From: Gammaproteobacteria bacterium
Lineage (GTDB): Bacteria > Pseudomonadota > Gammaproteobacteria > Pseudomonadales > Pseudohongiellaceae
Direction: 5' to 3'
Length of the DNA: 64,000 nt
Assembly (NCBI GenBank): GCA_029253585.1
Contig: JAQWZF010000008.1
Span: 37,980-101,979, forward strand
Shown: in pieces, positions 28,264 through 38,227 of the stretch
Position numbering within the stretch: position 1 is the stretch's first letter
Layout: each line of letters opens with the position of its first letter
Made by a program: the position numbers and the translations under genes
Notes under the pieces: generated by a model
What the model was told of the DNA's origin: nothing
The model's database searches: none
The model's input: the letters and a program-made list of their open reading frames with translations, nothing else

Positions 28264-29304
28264 ATGATTGCATATCAAACCACAACGCCAGGTGCGGCTC
28301 TGGTAGAAGTTGAATCACAAACGCCGGTCCCTCAGGGTACGGGAGTGTTGGTCAAGACAGTTGCCTGCGGTGTCTGTCATTCGGATATACATATGCACGA
28401 CGGTGTCTTCAATCTTGGTAATGGCAAGCAACTCGAGGTAGGTCGCGAAGGCATGGTATTAGGCCATGAAATCTTTGGCGAAGTAGTTGCCGTTGGGCCC
28501 GATGCGGAGGGTGTTCAGATTGGCGATCGACGCGTCGTCTACCCCTGGATTGGTTGCGGTGAATGTGCGGCATGTAAGCGAGGCGAGGAACAATTATGTA
28601 CCCCCGGCCGCGCTCTGGGAATTGTGGTTCATGGCGGCTTCGCCGACCACGTTCTCATCCCTCACAGTCGTTATTTGTTCGACAAGGGAGACGTGGCAGA
28701 TTCCCTTGCAGCTACCTATGCCTGCTCCGGACTCACTGCCTATGCCGCACTTAAGAAGGTAGGCGATCTTCACGCAGACGATGCCGTGGTTATTATAGGC
28801 GCCGGCGGTGTCGGCATGATGGCTATTCAGATCGCGATTTCAGCCATGGGTATAGATCCAATAGTTGTCGACATCGACGATGCCAAGCTGCAGGCGGCTC
28901 AAGAGATTGGGGTTAGCCGAACTTTCAATTCATCTGATCCACAGACGGCGAAAGCCTTGCGTAATGCTACCGGTGGTGCCTACGCGGTACTGGATTTTGT
29001 TGGAGCCGAAGCTTCTGTTAATTATGGCCTAGGCTGTCTGCGTAAAGGCGGCATGCTAGTGATTGTGGGTCTGTACGGTGGTGCCTTGAATTTACCAATT
29101 CCCTTTATTCCGATGAATGCACGCATTATTCAGGGTAGCTATGTGGGCACACCTCAAGACATGGCCGAGCTTATGGAGCTAGTGCGCGCAGGCAAGATTG
29201 CGCCTATCGACATTCACGAACGGCCGCTGTCGGAAGCCGGCGCGGCACTTGCAGATTTGAAGGCGGGGAAGGTTCAAGGGCGTCAGGTATTAGTCACAGG
29301 CTAG
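28264..29304 (+). CDS. Zinc-dependent alcohol dehydrogenase family protein
   Basis: GVCHSDIH and GHEIFGEV zinc-ligand motifs, structural-zinc Cys cluster (CGECAACKRGEEQLC) and GAGGVG. Confidence 0.85.
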   Translation: MIAYQTTTPGAALVEVESQTPVPQGTGVLVKTVACGVCHSDIHMHDGVFNLGNGKQLEVGREGMVLGHEIFGEVVAVGPDAEGVQIGDRRVVYPWIGCGECAACKRGEEQLCTPGRALGIVVHGGFADHVLIPHSRYLFDKGDVADSLAATYACSGLTAYAALKKVGDLHADDAVVIIGAGGVGMMAIQIAISAMGIDPIVVDIDDAKLQAAQEIGVSRTFNSSDPQTAKALRNATGGAYAVLDFVGAEASVNYGLGCLRKGGMLVIVGLYGGALNLPIPFIPMNARIIQGSYVGTPQDMAELMELVRAGKIAPIDIHERPLSEAGAALADLKAGKVQGRQVLVTG

Positions 29305-29369
29305 GCTTGTACTCAGCTAATACTGAAATTTGAATACTAGATAGTCATTTAAGACAGAGGAGGGTTGCC

Positions 29370-30599
29370 TTGCAGTCCCTACAAGATTTTCGAGAAGAAA
29401 CTCGCAGCTGGCTGGAGCAGAATTGCCCCGAGTCGATGCGCACAGCGATGGTACAGGAAGAAGTCGTCTGGGGTGGCCGCAATGCGCAGTTCACCAATCC
29501 CGACAGCAAGATTTGGTTAGAGCGTCTGGCGCTGAAGGGCTGGACCTGTCCGACCTGGCCCGCCGAATACGGTGGTGGCGGCTTGGACAAAGATCAGGCA
29601 ATTATACTGAACGAGGAATTGGTGCGTATCAATGCGCGCCCGGGGCTGACCAGTTTTGGCATTAGTATGCTGGGTCCCGTGCTGCTTGAATACGGTAATC
29701 ATGAACAGAAGCTGGAGCATATTCCGAAGATAGTGCGTGGAGAGATTCGTTGGTGCCAGGGATATTCTGAGCCGGGCTCCGGTTCGGACCTTGCCAGCCT
29801 CGCGACCAAGGCAGAGTTACAGGGCGATACCTATCTGATTAATGGATCCAAGGTGTGGACTTCCTATGCCGACAAGGCAGATTGGATTTTTTGTCTGGTG
29901 CGCACCGACTTCGAGGTGCCCAAGCATGCGGGTATTAGCTTCATATTGTTCGATATGGCTAGCGAGGGCATCTCCACTAAACCGATCCAGTTGATTAGCG
30001 GCTCCTCGCCCTTCTGTGAGACATTCTTCGATGATGTCAAAGTGCCAGCAAGCAATCTCGTTGGGCGTCTTAACGAAGGCTGGACCATTGCCAAGCGCCT
30101 GCTACAACATGAGCGCACCATGATTTCTGGCTTCGGGCTAAGCTCGGGCCAGTCAGACAATGGCGGCACTACATCGACCATCTCCAGCCTGGAAGGTACG
30201 GCGATGAGCTACCGCGGCGATAGTGAGAAATTATCCGACCCGGTGCTGCGTGACCAGATTGCACAGTTCAAGATCGACAGTGACGCGTTTGCCTATACTT
30301 CTAGACGCTCGATCGAAGAGTCCAAGCAGGGGCAGGGGCCGAATGCGACTTCCTCCATGCTCAAGAATTACGGCTGCGAGCTGAACAAGCGTCGTTATGA
30401 ATTAATGTTGCAGGCAATCGGTAGTCAGGGACTGGGCTGGGAAGGAAAAGGTTTCAATGACGAGGAATTACAGTTAACTCGCGAGTGGTTGCGTTCCAAA
30501 GCAAACTCTATCGAAGGTGGTACATCGGAAGTTCAATTGAATGTAATCGCCAAGAGAGTATTGGGGCTGCCCGATATTCTGAGTATGGCTCAGAAATAA
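29370..30599 (+). CDS. Acyl-CoA dehydrogenase family protein (first of tandem pair 2; paralogue of 15257..16483)
   Basis: Shares WPAEYGG, WCQGYSEPGSGSDLASL, INGSKVWTSYADKADWIFCLVRTD and LLQHERT with the pair-1 protein. TTG start. Confidence 0.85.
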   Translation: MQSLQDFREETRSWLEQNCPESMRTAMVQEEVVWGGRNAQFTNPDSKIWLERLALKGWTCPTWPAEYGGGGLDKDQAIILNEELVRINARPGLTSFGISMLGPVLLEYGNHEQKLEHIPKIVRGEIRWCQGYSEPGSGSDLASLATKAELQGDTYLINGSKVWTSYADKADWIFCLVRTDFEVPKHAGISFILFDMASEGISTKPIQLISGSSPFCETFFDDVKVPASNLVGRLNEGWTIAKRLLQHERTMISGFGLSSGQSDNGGTTSTISSLEGTAMSYRGDSEKLSDPVLRDQIAQFKIDSDAFAYTSRRSIEESKQGQGPNATSSMLKNYGCELNKRRYELMLQAIGSQGLGWEGKGFNDEELQLTREWLRSKANSIEGGTSEVQLNVIAKRVLGLPDILSMAQK

Positions 30600-30641
30600 G
30601 TAAGACAACATAGAACGGTGTTTGTAAGGAAGAATTTGAAA

Positions 30642-31790
30642 ATGGCTTTAGTGTTAAGTGAAGACCAGCAATTACTGAAAGACTCGGCAAAGAGTTTCTG
30701 TGAACAGATTGCGCCCGTTTCCCTGTTGCGTAAACTGCGCGACAGTAAAGATGAGCAAGGCTATGACCAAGCTGTCTGGGCGCAGATGATCGAGCTGGGC
30801 TGGGGCGGTATGGCTGTGCCCGAATCCTATGGCGGTTTCGAATTTGGCTATGGTGGCCTGGGTGTTGTGTTGGAGGAGTCTGGCAGAACGCTGCTTAGCT
30901 CTCCGCTAATCTCTACCGTATTGATCGGCGCTACAGCCATCTTCGAACTTGGCAATGAGACCCAGAAACAGCAACTGCTGCCGCAAATTGTCGCCGGTGA
31001 ACTGCTCACAGCCTTGGCTCTCGATGAACACACGACTCATCGTCCAAGCAGGGTAGCCACCACAGCCACCAAGGTCGAAGGTGGTTACAGCTTAAGCGGT
31101 AGCAAGACCTTCGTACTCGATGGGCATATTGCAAACAAGCTTATCACCGTAGCGCGAACATCGGGTGAGACCGATAGCGAGCAAGGACTGTCTGTCTTTC
31201 TCGTGGACGCCGCTGCCGAGGGCGTTAGCATTAAGCGCACAATCATGGTCGACAGTCGCAATTCTTCCAATGTTCAGTTTAGCGATGTGCGGGTTCCCTC
31301 CGAGGCGCTGCTAGGCGACTTCGATGGTGCTTTTGAGAGCCTAAGCAAGGTGCTGGATATCGCGCGAATAGGTGTGGCAGCGGAGATGTTAGGCAGCATG
31401 CAAGCCGTCTTCGAAAGCATCCTGGTCTATCTAAAGCAGCGCGAGCAGTTCGGTGTTCTGATTGGTTCCTTTCAGGGGTTGCAGCACCGTGCCGCCGAGA
31501 TGTATAGCGAAATCGAGCTGTGTAAGTCAGCCGTGCGCGCTGCGTTATCGGCTCTGGACGATCCCGAAAAATCGTCGCGAGAGATCGCAGTGATTGCCAG
31601 CATGGCCAAGGCAAAACTCTCCGAAGTGTTCTTCCTGGTGAGCAATGAAGGCATACAGATGCACGGCGGTATTGGTATGACCGACGAGTTCGATGTAGGC
31701 TTTTACATCAAGCGTGCGCGGGTAGCTCAGCAATTCCTTGGCGATGCAGCATTCCATCGTGATCGCTATGCAAGCCTGAACGGCTTTTAG
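30642..31790 (+). CDS. Acyl-CoA dehydrogenase family protein (second of tandem pair 2; paralogue of 16540..17673)
   Basis: ACAD fold (ESYGGFEFG, LSGSKTF, IQMHGGIGMTDE). The ATG at 30642 after AAGGAAG is preferred to the ORF-track start at 30618. Confidence 0.85.
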   Translation: MALVLSEDQQLLKDSAKSFCEQIAPVSLLRKLRDSKDEQGYDQAVWAQMIELGWGGMAVPESYGGFEFGYGGLGVVLEESGRTLLSSPLISTVLIGATAIFELGNETQKQQLLPQIVAGELLTALALDEHTTHRPSRVATTATKVEGGYSLSGSKTFVLDGHIANKLITVARTSGETDSEQGLSVFLVDAAAEGVSIKRTIMVDSRNSSNVQFSDVRVPSEALLGDFDGAFESLSKVLDIARIGVAAEMLGSMQAVFESILVYLKQREQFGVLIGSFQGLQHRAAEMYSEIELCKSAVRAALSALDDPEKSSREIAVIASMAKAKLSEVFFLVSNEGIQMHGGIGMTDEFDVGFYIKRARVAQQFLGDAAFHRDRYASLNGF

Positions 31791-32014
31791 TCGAAGGAAT
31801 AAGTGCCAAGATGGCGCCAGAGGTTTGCTCTTTGGCGGCAATGTCGGACATCTTCAAGGCCTTAACGATGGTGTTCTAGAAGTAGACGGCGCAAATTAGG
31901 CATGCAAATCTTGCTTTAAAGAGCAGGAGTGTCAGACTCAACTACAATTCGAATCGGGCTAGAAAATTTCGGCCCACCTTCCAAATTCAGTTGCGTAATT
32001 TAACGAGATAAAAC

Positions 32015-32614
32015 ATGCCTCTGCTAATTATAGGTGAATTACTGGCGATACTGGTCTACGCGCCCAGTTTTTGGGTGCGCCGGGTAATGGCCAAACACAG
32101 CAAAGAAATAGCAGGGCTACCCGGCACAGGCGGTGAGCTGGCACTGCACCTAATCGAGCGCTTCGAATTAACAGGAATCAAGGTCGAAGAGACTGCAGCC
32201 AATACGGATCATTTCGATCCATCGGGGCCCACGGTTCGACTGAGCCCGCTCAATCTAAACGGAAAATCCTTAGCCGCTATAGCTGTCGCCGCCCATGAGG
32301 TGGGTCATGCGATTCAGTTCTATCGCCGTGAAAAAGTATTTGAACTGCGCACGCCACTGGCGATTGGTGGGCTAATATGCATAAGCTTGTTGCTTCAGCT
32401 TGGTGGCGCTTTTGCCTATCTGATTATTTCGCCTGAAGAATGGGACGCAAGTTTCAACAAGGCGCTGCCGGTGTTAGTCGAAGGCGAATACGTGGATGCG
32501 TCTCAATTGCCTGCGATTCGGCAGGTATTAAAGGCTGCAGCGTTAACTTACTTTGCCGCCGCACTTGCGAATGTCTTGCATATAGGTCGCTGGTTTATGA
32601 TTCTGAAAATGTGA
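32015..32614 (+). CDS. Membrane zinc metallopeptidase (Zn_peptidase_2-like)
   Basis: HExxH (AAHEVGHAIQ), flanking TM segments and EWDAS near the C-terminus. Confidence 0.65.
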   Translation: MPLLIIGELLAILVYAPSFWVRRVMAKHSKEIAGLPGTGGELALHLIERFELTGIKVEETAANTDHFDPSGPTVRLSPLNLNGKSLAAIAVAAHEVGHAIQFYRREKVFELRTPLAIGGLICISLLLQLGGAFAYLIISPEEWDASFNKALPVLVEGEYVDASQLPAIRQVLKAAALTYFAAALANVLHIGRWFMILKM

Positions 32615-32624
32615 GGGAGAAGTT

Positions 32625-32996
32625 ATGGATGATTCGCTAAACGTATTCGATGAGGACTTGGTTCCCTGTGGTACCGATCCTATTACCGGGTTCTATCGCG
32701 ATGGCTGTTGCAACAGCAGCGATGAAGACCTCGGTTCCCATACCGTTTGCGTGCGGGTAGATGAACGCTTCTTACAATACTCTAGATTTCGGGGGAACGA
32801 TCTCTCTACGCCGATGCCAGACTTCGGCTTTCCTGGTCTCAACCCCGGTGATAGCTGGTGTCTTTGCGCCGCGCGCTGGCTGGAGGCCTATGAGCAGGAT
32901 ATGGCGCCCAAGGTCTATCTCACACGCACACACAAGCGAGCGCTGGATATAGTGAGCATTGATAAGTTGAAGGAATTTGCGGTTGATCTTAACTAG
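32625..32996 (+). CDS. DUF2237-family protein
   Basis: 123 aa. GFYRDGCC...GSHTVC...GNDLSTP...PGDSWCLCAARW matches my memory of the DUF2237 pattern. Confidence 0.7.
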   Translation: MDDSLNVFDEDLVPCGTDPITGFYRDGCCNSSDEDLGSHTVCVRVDERFLQYSRFRGNDLSTPMPDFGFPGLNPGDSWCLCAARWLEAYEQDMAPKVYLTRTHKRALDIVSIDKLKEFAVDLN

Positions 32997-33117
32997 TGTC
33001 TGTAGGTTGAAGTAAAAAAAGAGCTGGGCTATGGGCGTTTGTCTGCTTGCGCGAAAGTAGTATGCTGAGAAAATAAAATATCTATTAAGAAGACTCTGCA
33101 GCTGAAGGGAGTACACC

Positions 33118-33291
33118 ATGATTAGAAATCTAACACTATTGCTTGACTTTTTACTCTTTTTTTTGGCAATTGGCTTCAACGGAGCGATCGCGGAAAAAGC
33201 TACAAACACGTATCTTTTATTGAATGTTGAACCCGATGGAGTGATGGTGGCAAGAGACTTGGTCTTCACCACTGTGGAGACAGGCGCCTAG
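33118..33291 (+). CDS. Possible 57-aa exported peptide (below the ORF-track cutoff)
   Basis: ATG 7 nt after GAAGGGAG. Reads MIRNLTLLLDFLLFFLAIGFNGAIAEKATNTYLLLNVEPDGVMVARDLVFTTVETGA*. Lies in an AT-rich gap. Confidence 0.3.
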   Translation: MIRNLTLLLDFLLFFLAIGFNGAIAEKATNTYLLLNVEPDGVMVARDLVFTTVETGA

Positions 33292-33451
33292 GTGTGGGTT
33301 CGAGATCTGTTGAGTTTGGGCAGGGTGGGTTCGCGGAAGTATAGGCTGCAACCCGGAGCAGCCGGTGAGTACTATCTAAGTAGCATCTACCCTGTAGTGA
33401 AACATACGCGTTAACTTTGAAAATAAAAAGTAATAAGAAAAAGGTGAAGCC

Positions 33452-34156
33452 ATGAAAAAAATTGAAATTAATAGTGCAGTAAAGACAATATTCTTTCTAG
33501 GGTTGTCAGTGTTCGCCTCGCTCGCGGCCGCGCAGAATCTGGATCCAAACCGATTCGAGGATTCTATACTCGCGTTCGAGGCGCAAGATGCAAAGTCGCA
33601 GCCAGCAGAAGGAGCTATCTTGCTGACCGGCAGCTCCAGCATCGCGCGTTGGAACGATCAGGCTGAAGCAGCTCTTGCGCCTCTTTCGGTAATACCCCGA
33701 GGCTTCGGTGGCAGCGTGATGGGCGATGTATTGCACTATCTGGATCGAGTCGCTTTTAGCTACAAGCCGCGCGCAATTTTGATTTATGAGGGCGACAACG
33801 ATACCTGGTACAAGCTGCCCAATGACAAGATCGTCAGTCAGTTTGAGGAAATTGTGGCCAGAGTTCATCAGGCTCTGCCCGAGACTCGTGTGTATGCGCT
33901 CTCGGTCAAGCCCAGCCTGGCTCGTGTCGATGTCTGGCCTGCAGCGCAACAGGTAAGCGCGCGCCTGCAAGCTATCGCCGAGGCCGACCCGCTGGTGCAC
34001 TATATCGATGTGGCTACGCCCTTTCTAAAATCCGACGGCACGGTAATGACCGATATCTTCATCGAGGATGGCCTGCATCTGAATGACAAGGGTAACGTAA
34101 TATGGGGTCGGGCAATCAAGGCTGGCCTCATGCAGATTGAAGCACAATTCGAATAG
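33452..34156 (+). CDS. Exported SGNH/GDSL-type hydrolase
   Basis: Signal peptide, block I (ILLTGSSSIARW), block III (YEGDND) and block V (DGLHLN). Confidence 0.75.
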   Translation: MKKIEINSAVKTIFFLGLSVFASLAAAQNLDPNRFEDSILAFEAQDAKSQPAEGAILLTGSSSIARWNDQAEAALAPLSVIPRGFGGSVMGDVLHYLDRVAFSYKPRAILIYEGDNDTWYKLPNDKIVSQFEEIVARVHQALPETRVYALSVKPSLARVDVWPAAQQVSARLQAIAEADPLVHYIDVATPFLKSDGTVMTDIFIEDGLHLNDKGNVIWGRAIKAGLMQIEAQFE

Positions 34157-34376
34157 ATACGAATTAAGCATTTGGAAGAGTCATAGATTTTCTATTACTC
34201 CTTGAAGCAATCATCGAGCTAGGCATTCCTAGGTGATTATTAGCTGGATCATCTTCACCTTACTGTAAGATGGCTGTGATCTTGATAGAAACGCGGACAG
34301 AAAATCTGTCGAGGCCCAGGTCAAGAAGAAAAAGAAGTCGTTCAGAAAAAATAAGCATAGCGGCGACTCGAACTAC

Positions 34377-34724
34377 ATGATGGAGAAGTGTGTGTGGTTC
34401 GGTAGCGGTTTCTATGGGCTGGCGGGGTTATGGACATTTGCCGTTATCGAGATCGGCGATGTGCTGCAAGTCATCTTCAATCCCTCGTCGATCCCCGAGT
34501 CCTTCGGCCACGGGTTTGTAACCGCTGTTGTAGAGCTGGTGTTGAATCAACTTGGTAATCTGATCACGGCGTTTTTGTGGTTTAGCTACTGGGCCGATAA
34601 CGAAGTTATCACGTGGTTGCTCGTCGCCTATGTGGTTTACTGGATAGGTGTCGAGTTGGCCAGGCGCGGCGAAGATATGCCGCTGCAGGTGATGCTGCGC
34701 AAGTTCAGATCAATGCTGCCCTAG
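34377..34724 (+). CDS. Small membrane protein, unknown function
   Basis: 115 aa with 3 hydrophobic segments. No motif recognised. Confidence 0.4.
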   Translation: MMEKCVWFGSGFYGLAGLWTFAVIEIGDVLQVIFNPSSIPESFGHGFVTAVVELVLNQLGNLITAFLWFSYWADNEVITWLLVAYVVYWIGVELARRGEDMPLQVMLRKFRSMLP

Positions 34725-35941
34725 TTAGCCAAAATCTGGTCGCGATCTATCTCTACACCCAGGCCAGGGCCGCTGGGCATCGCCATAAACCCCTCGCTAT
34801 CCACGATCGGCGCATTGTTCATGACGGCGAAGCCATTGCTATAGGGTGAGATAGGTGGGTCGTTGAGTATCTCTATCCACGGACAGTGTGGCCATGTTCC
34901 TATCATATGCAATTGCGCTACCGTGCCTAACTGCCCGCCTCCGTGGTGTGGTATCACCAGCTTGTGATTCGCAAGCGCGAGTGCTGCTACCGCACGTAAT
35001 CCTTGTACGCCTTCTGTAACCAATATCTCCGGCTGCAGAATATCGTAGACACCACGCTCTAACATCCACTGGAATTCCTGCACGCCCTGATTGTTCTCGC
35101 CGCCGGCGAGGGGAATGTCGACCATGCGATTTAATTCGCTGAGACCGTCGAAGTCGTAGCGTCGCAGGGGCTCCTCGAGCCAATACACGTCCAAGTCCTT
35201 CAGCGCTTTGGCAGTGTCAAGTGCGCGGGTAAAATCCCATTGCACACCCGGTTGCCAGATGCCGCTGGACTGTGCCTGGTTGGCATCGGTCATGATGGTG
35301 AAGTCATCGCCTACAGCGTCTCTTACCATCTCGATCGTTCTGATATCTTCCTTCATGTCCAGGTGATGAAGGCGAATCTTTATTCCCTGCCAACCCTCAG
35401 CTTGTAATTTTGCTGCCGTTTCTGCCCGCTCTTGGGGCGTCGATAGTTGAATCATGCTGGCGTAAGCTGGCACTTTTTCTTTTTGTGCGCCCCATAGCTT
35501 GTAAAGAGGTTGACCTGCTACCTTTCCAACGATATCCCAGAGGGCTATCTCGATGCAGCCTACGTCTCTCCAGTTATTTGCGGCGCCATTGGTGTAGCGC
35601 ATCTGGTGTCCAAGTGCCTCGTTGTCGAAGGGGTCTTGGCCGGCCAGGATTTGTTTCATGCGGTCGATATTTGCCGGATTCATGCCCGGCGCGATGCCGG
35701 TTATGCCCTGATCGGTCAGGATCTCGGTGAAGCTGCCACCGCCGATTCTGCGCATATAGGGGCGCCCCGGAGCCCAGGCAGACTCCATGATTCCCGTCTC
35801 GCCCAGGGTGCGCAGTCGATGCACGCGAATATCAGTGATGCGCGGCCGCTCGTTCTGGCCAAGTGCGATGCCTGACACAGACAGTGAGGCTAGTGCAGCC
35901 GCACCGGAAGAAAGGCCGGAAAGAAATTGTCGACGCTTCAT
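34721..35941 (-). CDS. Enolase-superfamily (mandelate racemase/muconate lactonizing enzyme-like) protein with a Tat signal peptide
   Basis: N-terminal MKRRQFLSGLSSGAAALASL (twin-arginine consensus). Metal-ligand pattern TDANQA / WLEEP / AGGEN. Confidence 0.8.
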   Translation of the reverse strand: MKRRQFLSGLSSGAAALASLSVSGIALGQNERPRITDIRVHRLRTLGETGIMESAWAPGRPYMRRIGGGSFTEILTDQGITGIAPGMNPANIDRMKQILAGQDPFDNEALGHQMRYTNGAANNWRDVGCIEIALWDIVGKVAGQPLYKLWGAQKEKVPAYASMIQLSTPQERAETAAKLQAEGWQGIKIRLHHLDMKEDIRTIEMVRDAVGDDFTIMTDANQAQSSGIWQPGVQWDFTRALDTAKALKDLDVYWLEEPLRRYDFDGLSELNRMVDIPLAGGENNQGVQEFQWMLERGVYDILQPEILVTEGVQGLRAVAALALANHKLVIPHHGGGQLGTVAQLHMIGTWPHCPWIEILNDPPISPYSNGFAVMNNAPIVDSEGFMAMPSGPGLGVEIDRDQILAN

Positions 35942-35972
35942 GATGAGTCCTGATTGATAGGTTTAGCGCTGA

Positions 35973-36776
35973 TTAGAAGTCGTCATAGCCTTCGGTCAAC
36001 TCGATATAACCACCCCAGGGATCTGTGATGAAAGCAATCTTTAAGCCTATGGCTGGAATATCACGAAACGGTACATCGAATTCAATACCCTTTGCCGTCA
36101 GTTCATCGCAAAAAGCCTTAAGGTTATCGAACTCAAAACCGATGTGATCCAGTGCGGCACCCCGGGTTGCTTGTCTTGGGGTATTTGAATTGCCAAAACT
36201 GATGTTCATTCCAGGCGCATTCGTGGTGGTCTGAATAGTGCCGCGCGGCTTAACCTCGAGTGAGAAAATATCGGTGTACCAGGCGAGCATTTCTTCATAG
36301 TTGGGCGAGATAAAATGAATGTGGTAGCCAGTGATTTCTTCGGACAGTCCCTGATCTTCCTGCATCTCAACGTAGACATTGCCGGGGAGCATGATGTAGG
36401 CATTAGTCTGCCCCTCGGCGCCAATAAATACACGACCGACTTCCAGGCCATCTGCGCGCCATTTAGCGAGAAAGCTTTCCATGTTGCGAACCTTGAAACC
36501 AAAATGATCCATCACGGTGTCCTGCATCGCCAGAGCGGGCTCCTGCTCCTGTTCTGTCAAGGCAACGAGCATATTTGGCAATCGCACTGCAGTAAGAGGC
36601 CCCTTCTGAACAACTGCACCATTGAAGTGCTCTACCCAAATCTCTTTGTGTCTATCCATGTCCACTACATTCAGGTGTACATGGCCGTAGGTCAGGCCGG
36701 CTGGATTAGGTGTGGCAAGTTGCGCTTGCGCGTTAGTGGCCAGAGCCAGAAGCAGTAAAGCGAATAGAAGTCTCAT
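35973..36776 (-). CDS. Exported two-domain VOC (glyoxalase/dioxygenase-fold) protein
   Basis: Sec signal (MRLLFALLLLALATNAQA|Q). Two repeats of a VOC-like module (HVHLNV..., HIHFIS.../LDHIGFEF). Confidence 0.65.
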   Translation of the reverse strand: MRLLFALLLLALATNAQAQLATPNPAGLTYGHVHLNVVDMDRHKEIWVEHFNGAVVQKGPLTAVRLPNMLVALTEQEQEPALAMQDTVMDHFGFKVRNMESFLAKWRADGLEVGRVFIGAEGQTNAYIMLPGNVYVEMQEDQGLSEEITGYHIHFISPNYEEMLAWYTDIFSLEVKPRGTIQTTTNAPGMNISFGNSNTPRQATRGAALDHIGFEFDNLKAFCDELTAKGIEFDVPFRDIPAIGLKIAFITDPWGGYIELTEGYDDF

Positions 36777-36928
36777 TGTGCTAGATCCTTTCTTATTGTA
36801 GAGCTTATGAAAAAAGCAATCGAAGTAAATATAACCGAATTAAGAATAGTAGCTTGTGGACGCCGAGTCTATGCATTCGCAAAGCCGCCGTGTTAATTTT
36901 GAAGAATATAGGAGGTTGAAATCGATGC

Positions 36929-37930
36929 TTACCAAATGTCGGCGAGTAGTTCGTAAGAGCGGCGCCGGGCCTCATTATCGTGGGTGATCGTCACTAGCAT
37001 GATCTCGTCAGCCTGAAACTGTTCGGCCAGGCTCAACAGTTTTACTTTTACCTGGTCGGGCGTGCCGACGACGCGTTTTCCTCTGTTTTCCTCAAGCGTT
37101 CCTAGCTCTGCAGCTGAGTAGGGGTAGTCCAGTGCCTCCTGCACGGAAGGAAAGGGGCCGGGGTTGCCTTGTAGTAAGCGGCAGTACCACAGGTCACGGC
37201 TGCGGGACAGGCGCTGTGCCTCTTCCTCGGTCTCGGCGGTGATACTAAAAAGAGTGATACAGGTCAGCGGCGCATCCAAATTAGGGCCCGGTGTGAACCG
37301 CTCGCAATAGATGTCGAAAATATCTGGCCTGATATTGGGGTTGATGAAATACGCGAAGTTGTAGGGCAAGCCGGTCAGAGCCGCCAACATAGCGCTGTCT
37401 TCGCTAGAGCCTAGCATCCACATCTCTGGTGGGGTTGATATCTTTGGAAAGGCGCGGGCATTTTCCATGCCCGGCGTGCGTGGATCACTGTCATTGAGAA
37501 GGGCCTGTAGGTCCACGACCATATTGGGAAAGTGTTCCGCACCAACTCGTGAACCATAGCGAATGGCCGCTGCGGTAAAGGGGTCGGTGCCCGGCGCGCG
37601 ACCGACACCCAGATCCATGCGGTCCGGATAAAGTGTCTGTAGAATCTTGAAATTTTCTGCGACCTTGTAGGGGCTGTAATACGGCAGCATGATACCGCCG
37701 GAGCCCAGGCGAATCTGTTTAGTCTCTGCGCCAAGTCTACCAAGCAGGACCTCTGGAGAGCACCCTGCCAGCGCGTCAGAGGCATGGTGCTCCGCGACCC
37801 AGTAGCGATGAAAACCCAGGCGGTCGCATAAGCGTGCCAGCTCGATAGTTTCCTGGAGTGCATCGGCGGGGTTGGAGCCCTGTTTGACGGGGGACTGGTC
37901 TAGCGCAGACAGCTTAATTACATTCTTCAT
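36929..37930 (-). CDS. LLM-class flavin-dependent oxidoreductase (luciferase family, group-1-like)
   Basis: MKNVIKLSALDQSPV....ALQETIELARLCDRLGFHRYWVAEHH is typical of this group. I prefer the ATG at 37930. Confidence 0.8.
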   Translation of the reverse strand: MKNVIKLSALDQSPVKQGSNPADALQETIELARLCDRLGFHRYWVAEHHASDALAGCSPEVLLGRLGAETKQIRLGSGGIMLPYYSPYKVAENFKILQTLYPDRMDLGVGRAPGTDPFTAAAIRYGSRVGAEHFPNMVVDLQALLNDSDPRTPGMENARAFPKISTPPEMWMLGSSEDSAMLAALTGLPYNFAYFINPNIRPDIFDIYCERFTPGPNLDAPLTCITLFSITAETEEEAQRLSRSRDLWYCRLLQGNPGPFPSVQEALDYPYSAAELGTLEENRGKRVVGTPDQVKVKLLSLAEQFQADEIMLVTITHDNEARRRSYELLADIW

Positions 37931-38227
37931 ATTTACTTTTTTGAGGATTTTAGCGAGCGGAAACCTATTTGGATTTAGAGAATTCGACAAAGTGTGTCGC
38001 ATGGTAACACAATTGCCGCAAGTACCGAGAAATAAGACATAAAAAAGGTGAATCGGGGTGGAAACATTTAGTAACTAGGGCTGTTCTGGTTTACCATCCG
38101 AGAGTCCGGGAACGTCTAATTCGTCCTGAGATATACTGGCTAAACCTAAAATATAAGAGCCAGACCCACAGGAGTTTTTAACAAAATTTATAAGTAGGTT
38201 TACTTCAAAGAAACAAAGGGGAGAAGT

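Noticed and set aside
32772-33272. 166-aa - strand ORF
   Set aside because: It overlaps the 3' half of the DUF2237 gene and runs through an AT-rich spacer. The translation is low-complexity (K/S/F-rich).
38003-38227. Possible TPP/cobalamin-type riboswitch upstream of the large TonB-dependent receptor (GGGGTG ... CTGAGA ... AACCT)
   Set aside because: The spacing between elements (about 70 nt) does not fit the THI-box architecture. No B12-box (GCCACTG-like) is present. These are only isolated short matches.
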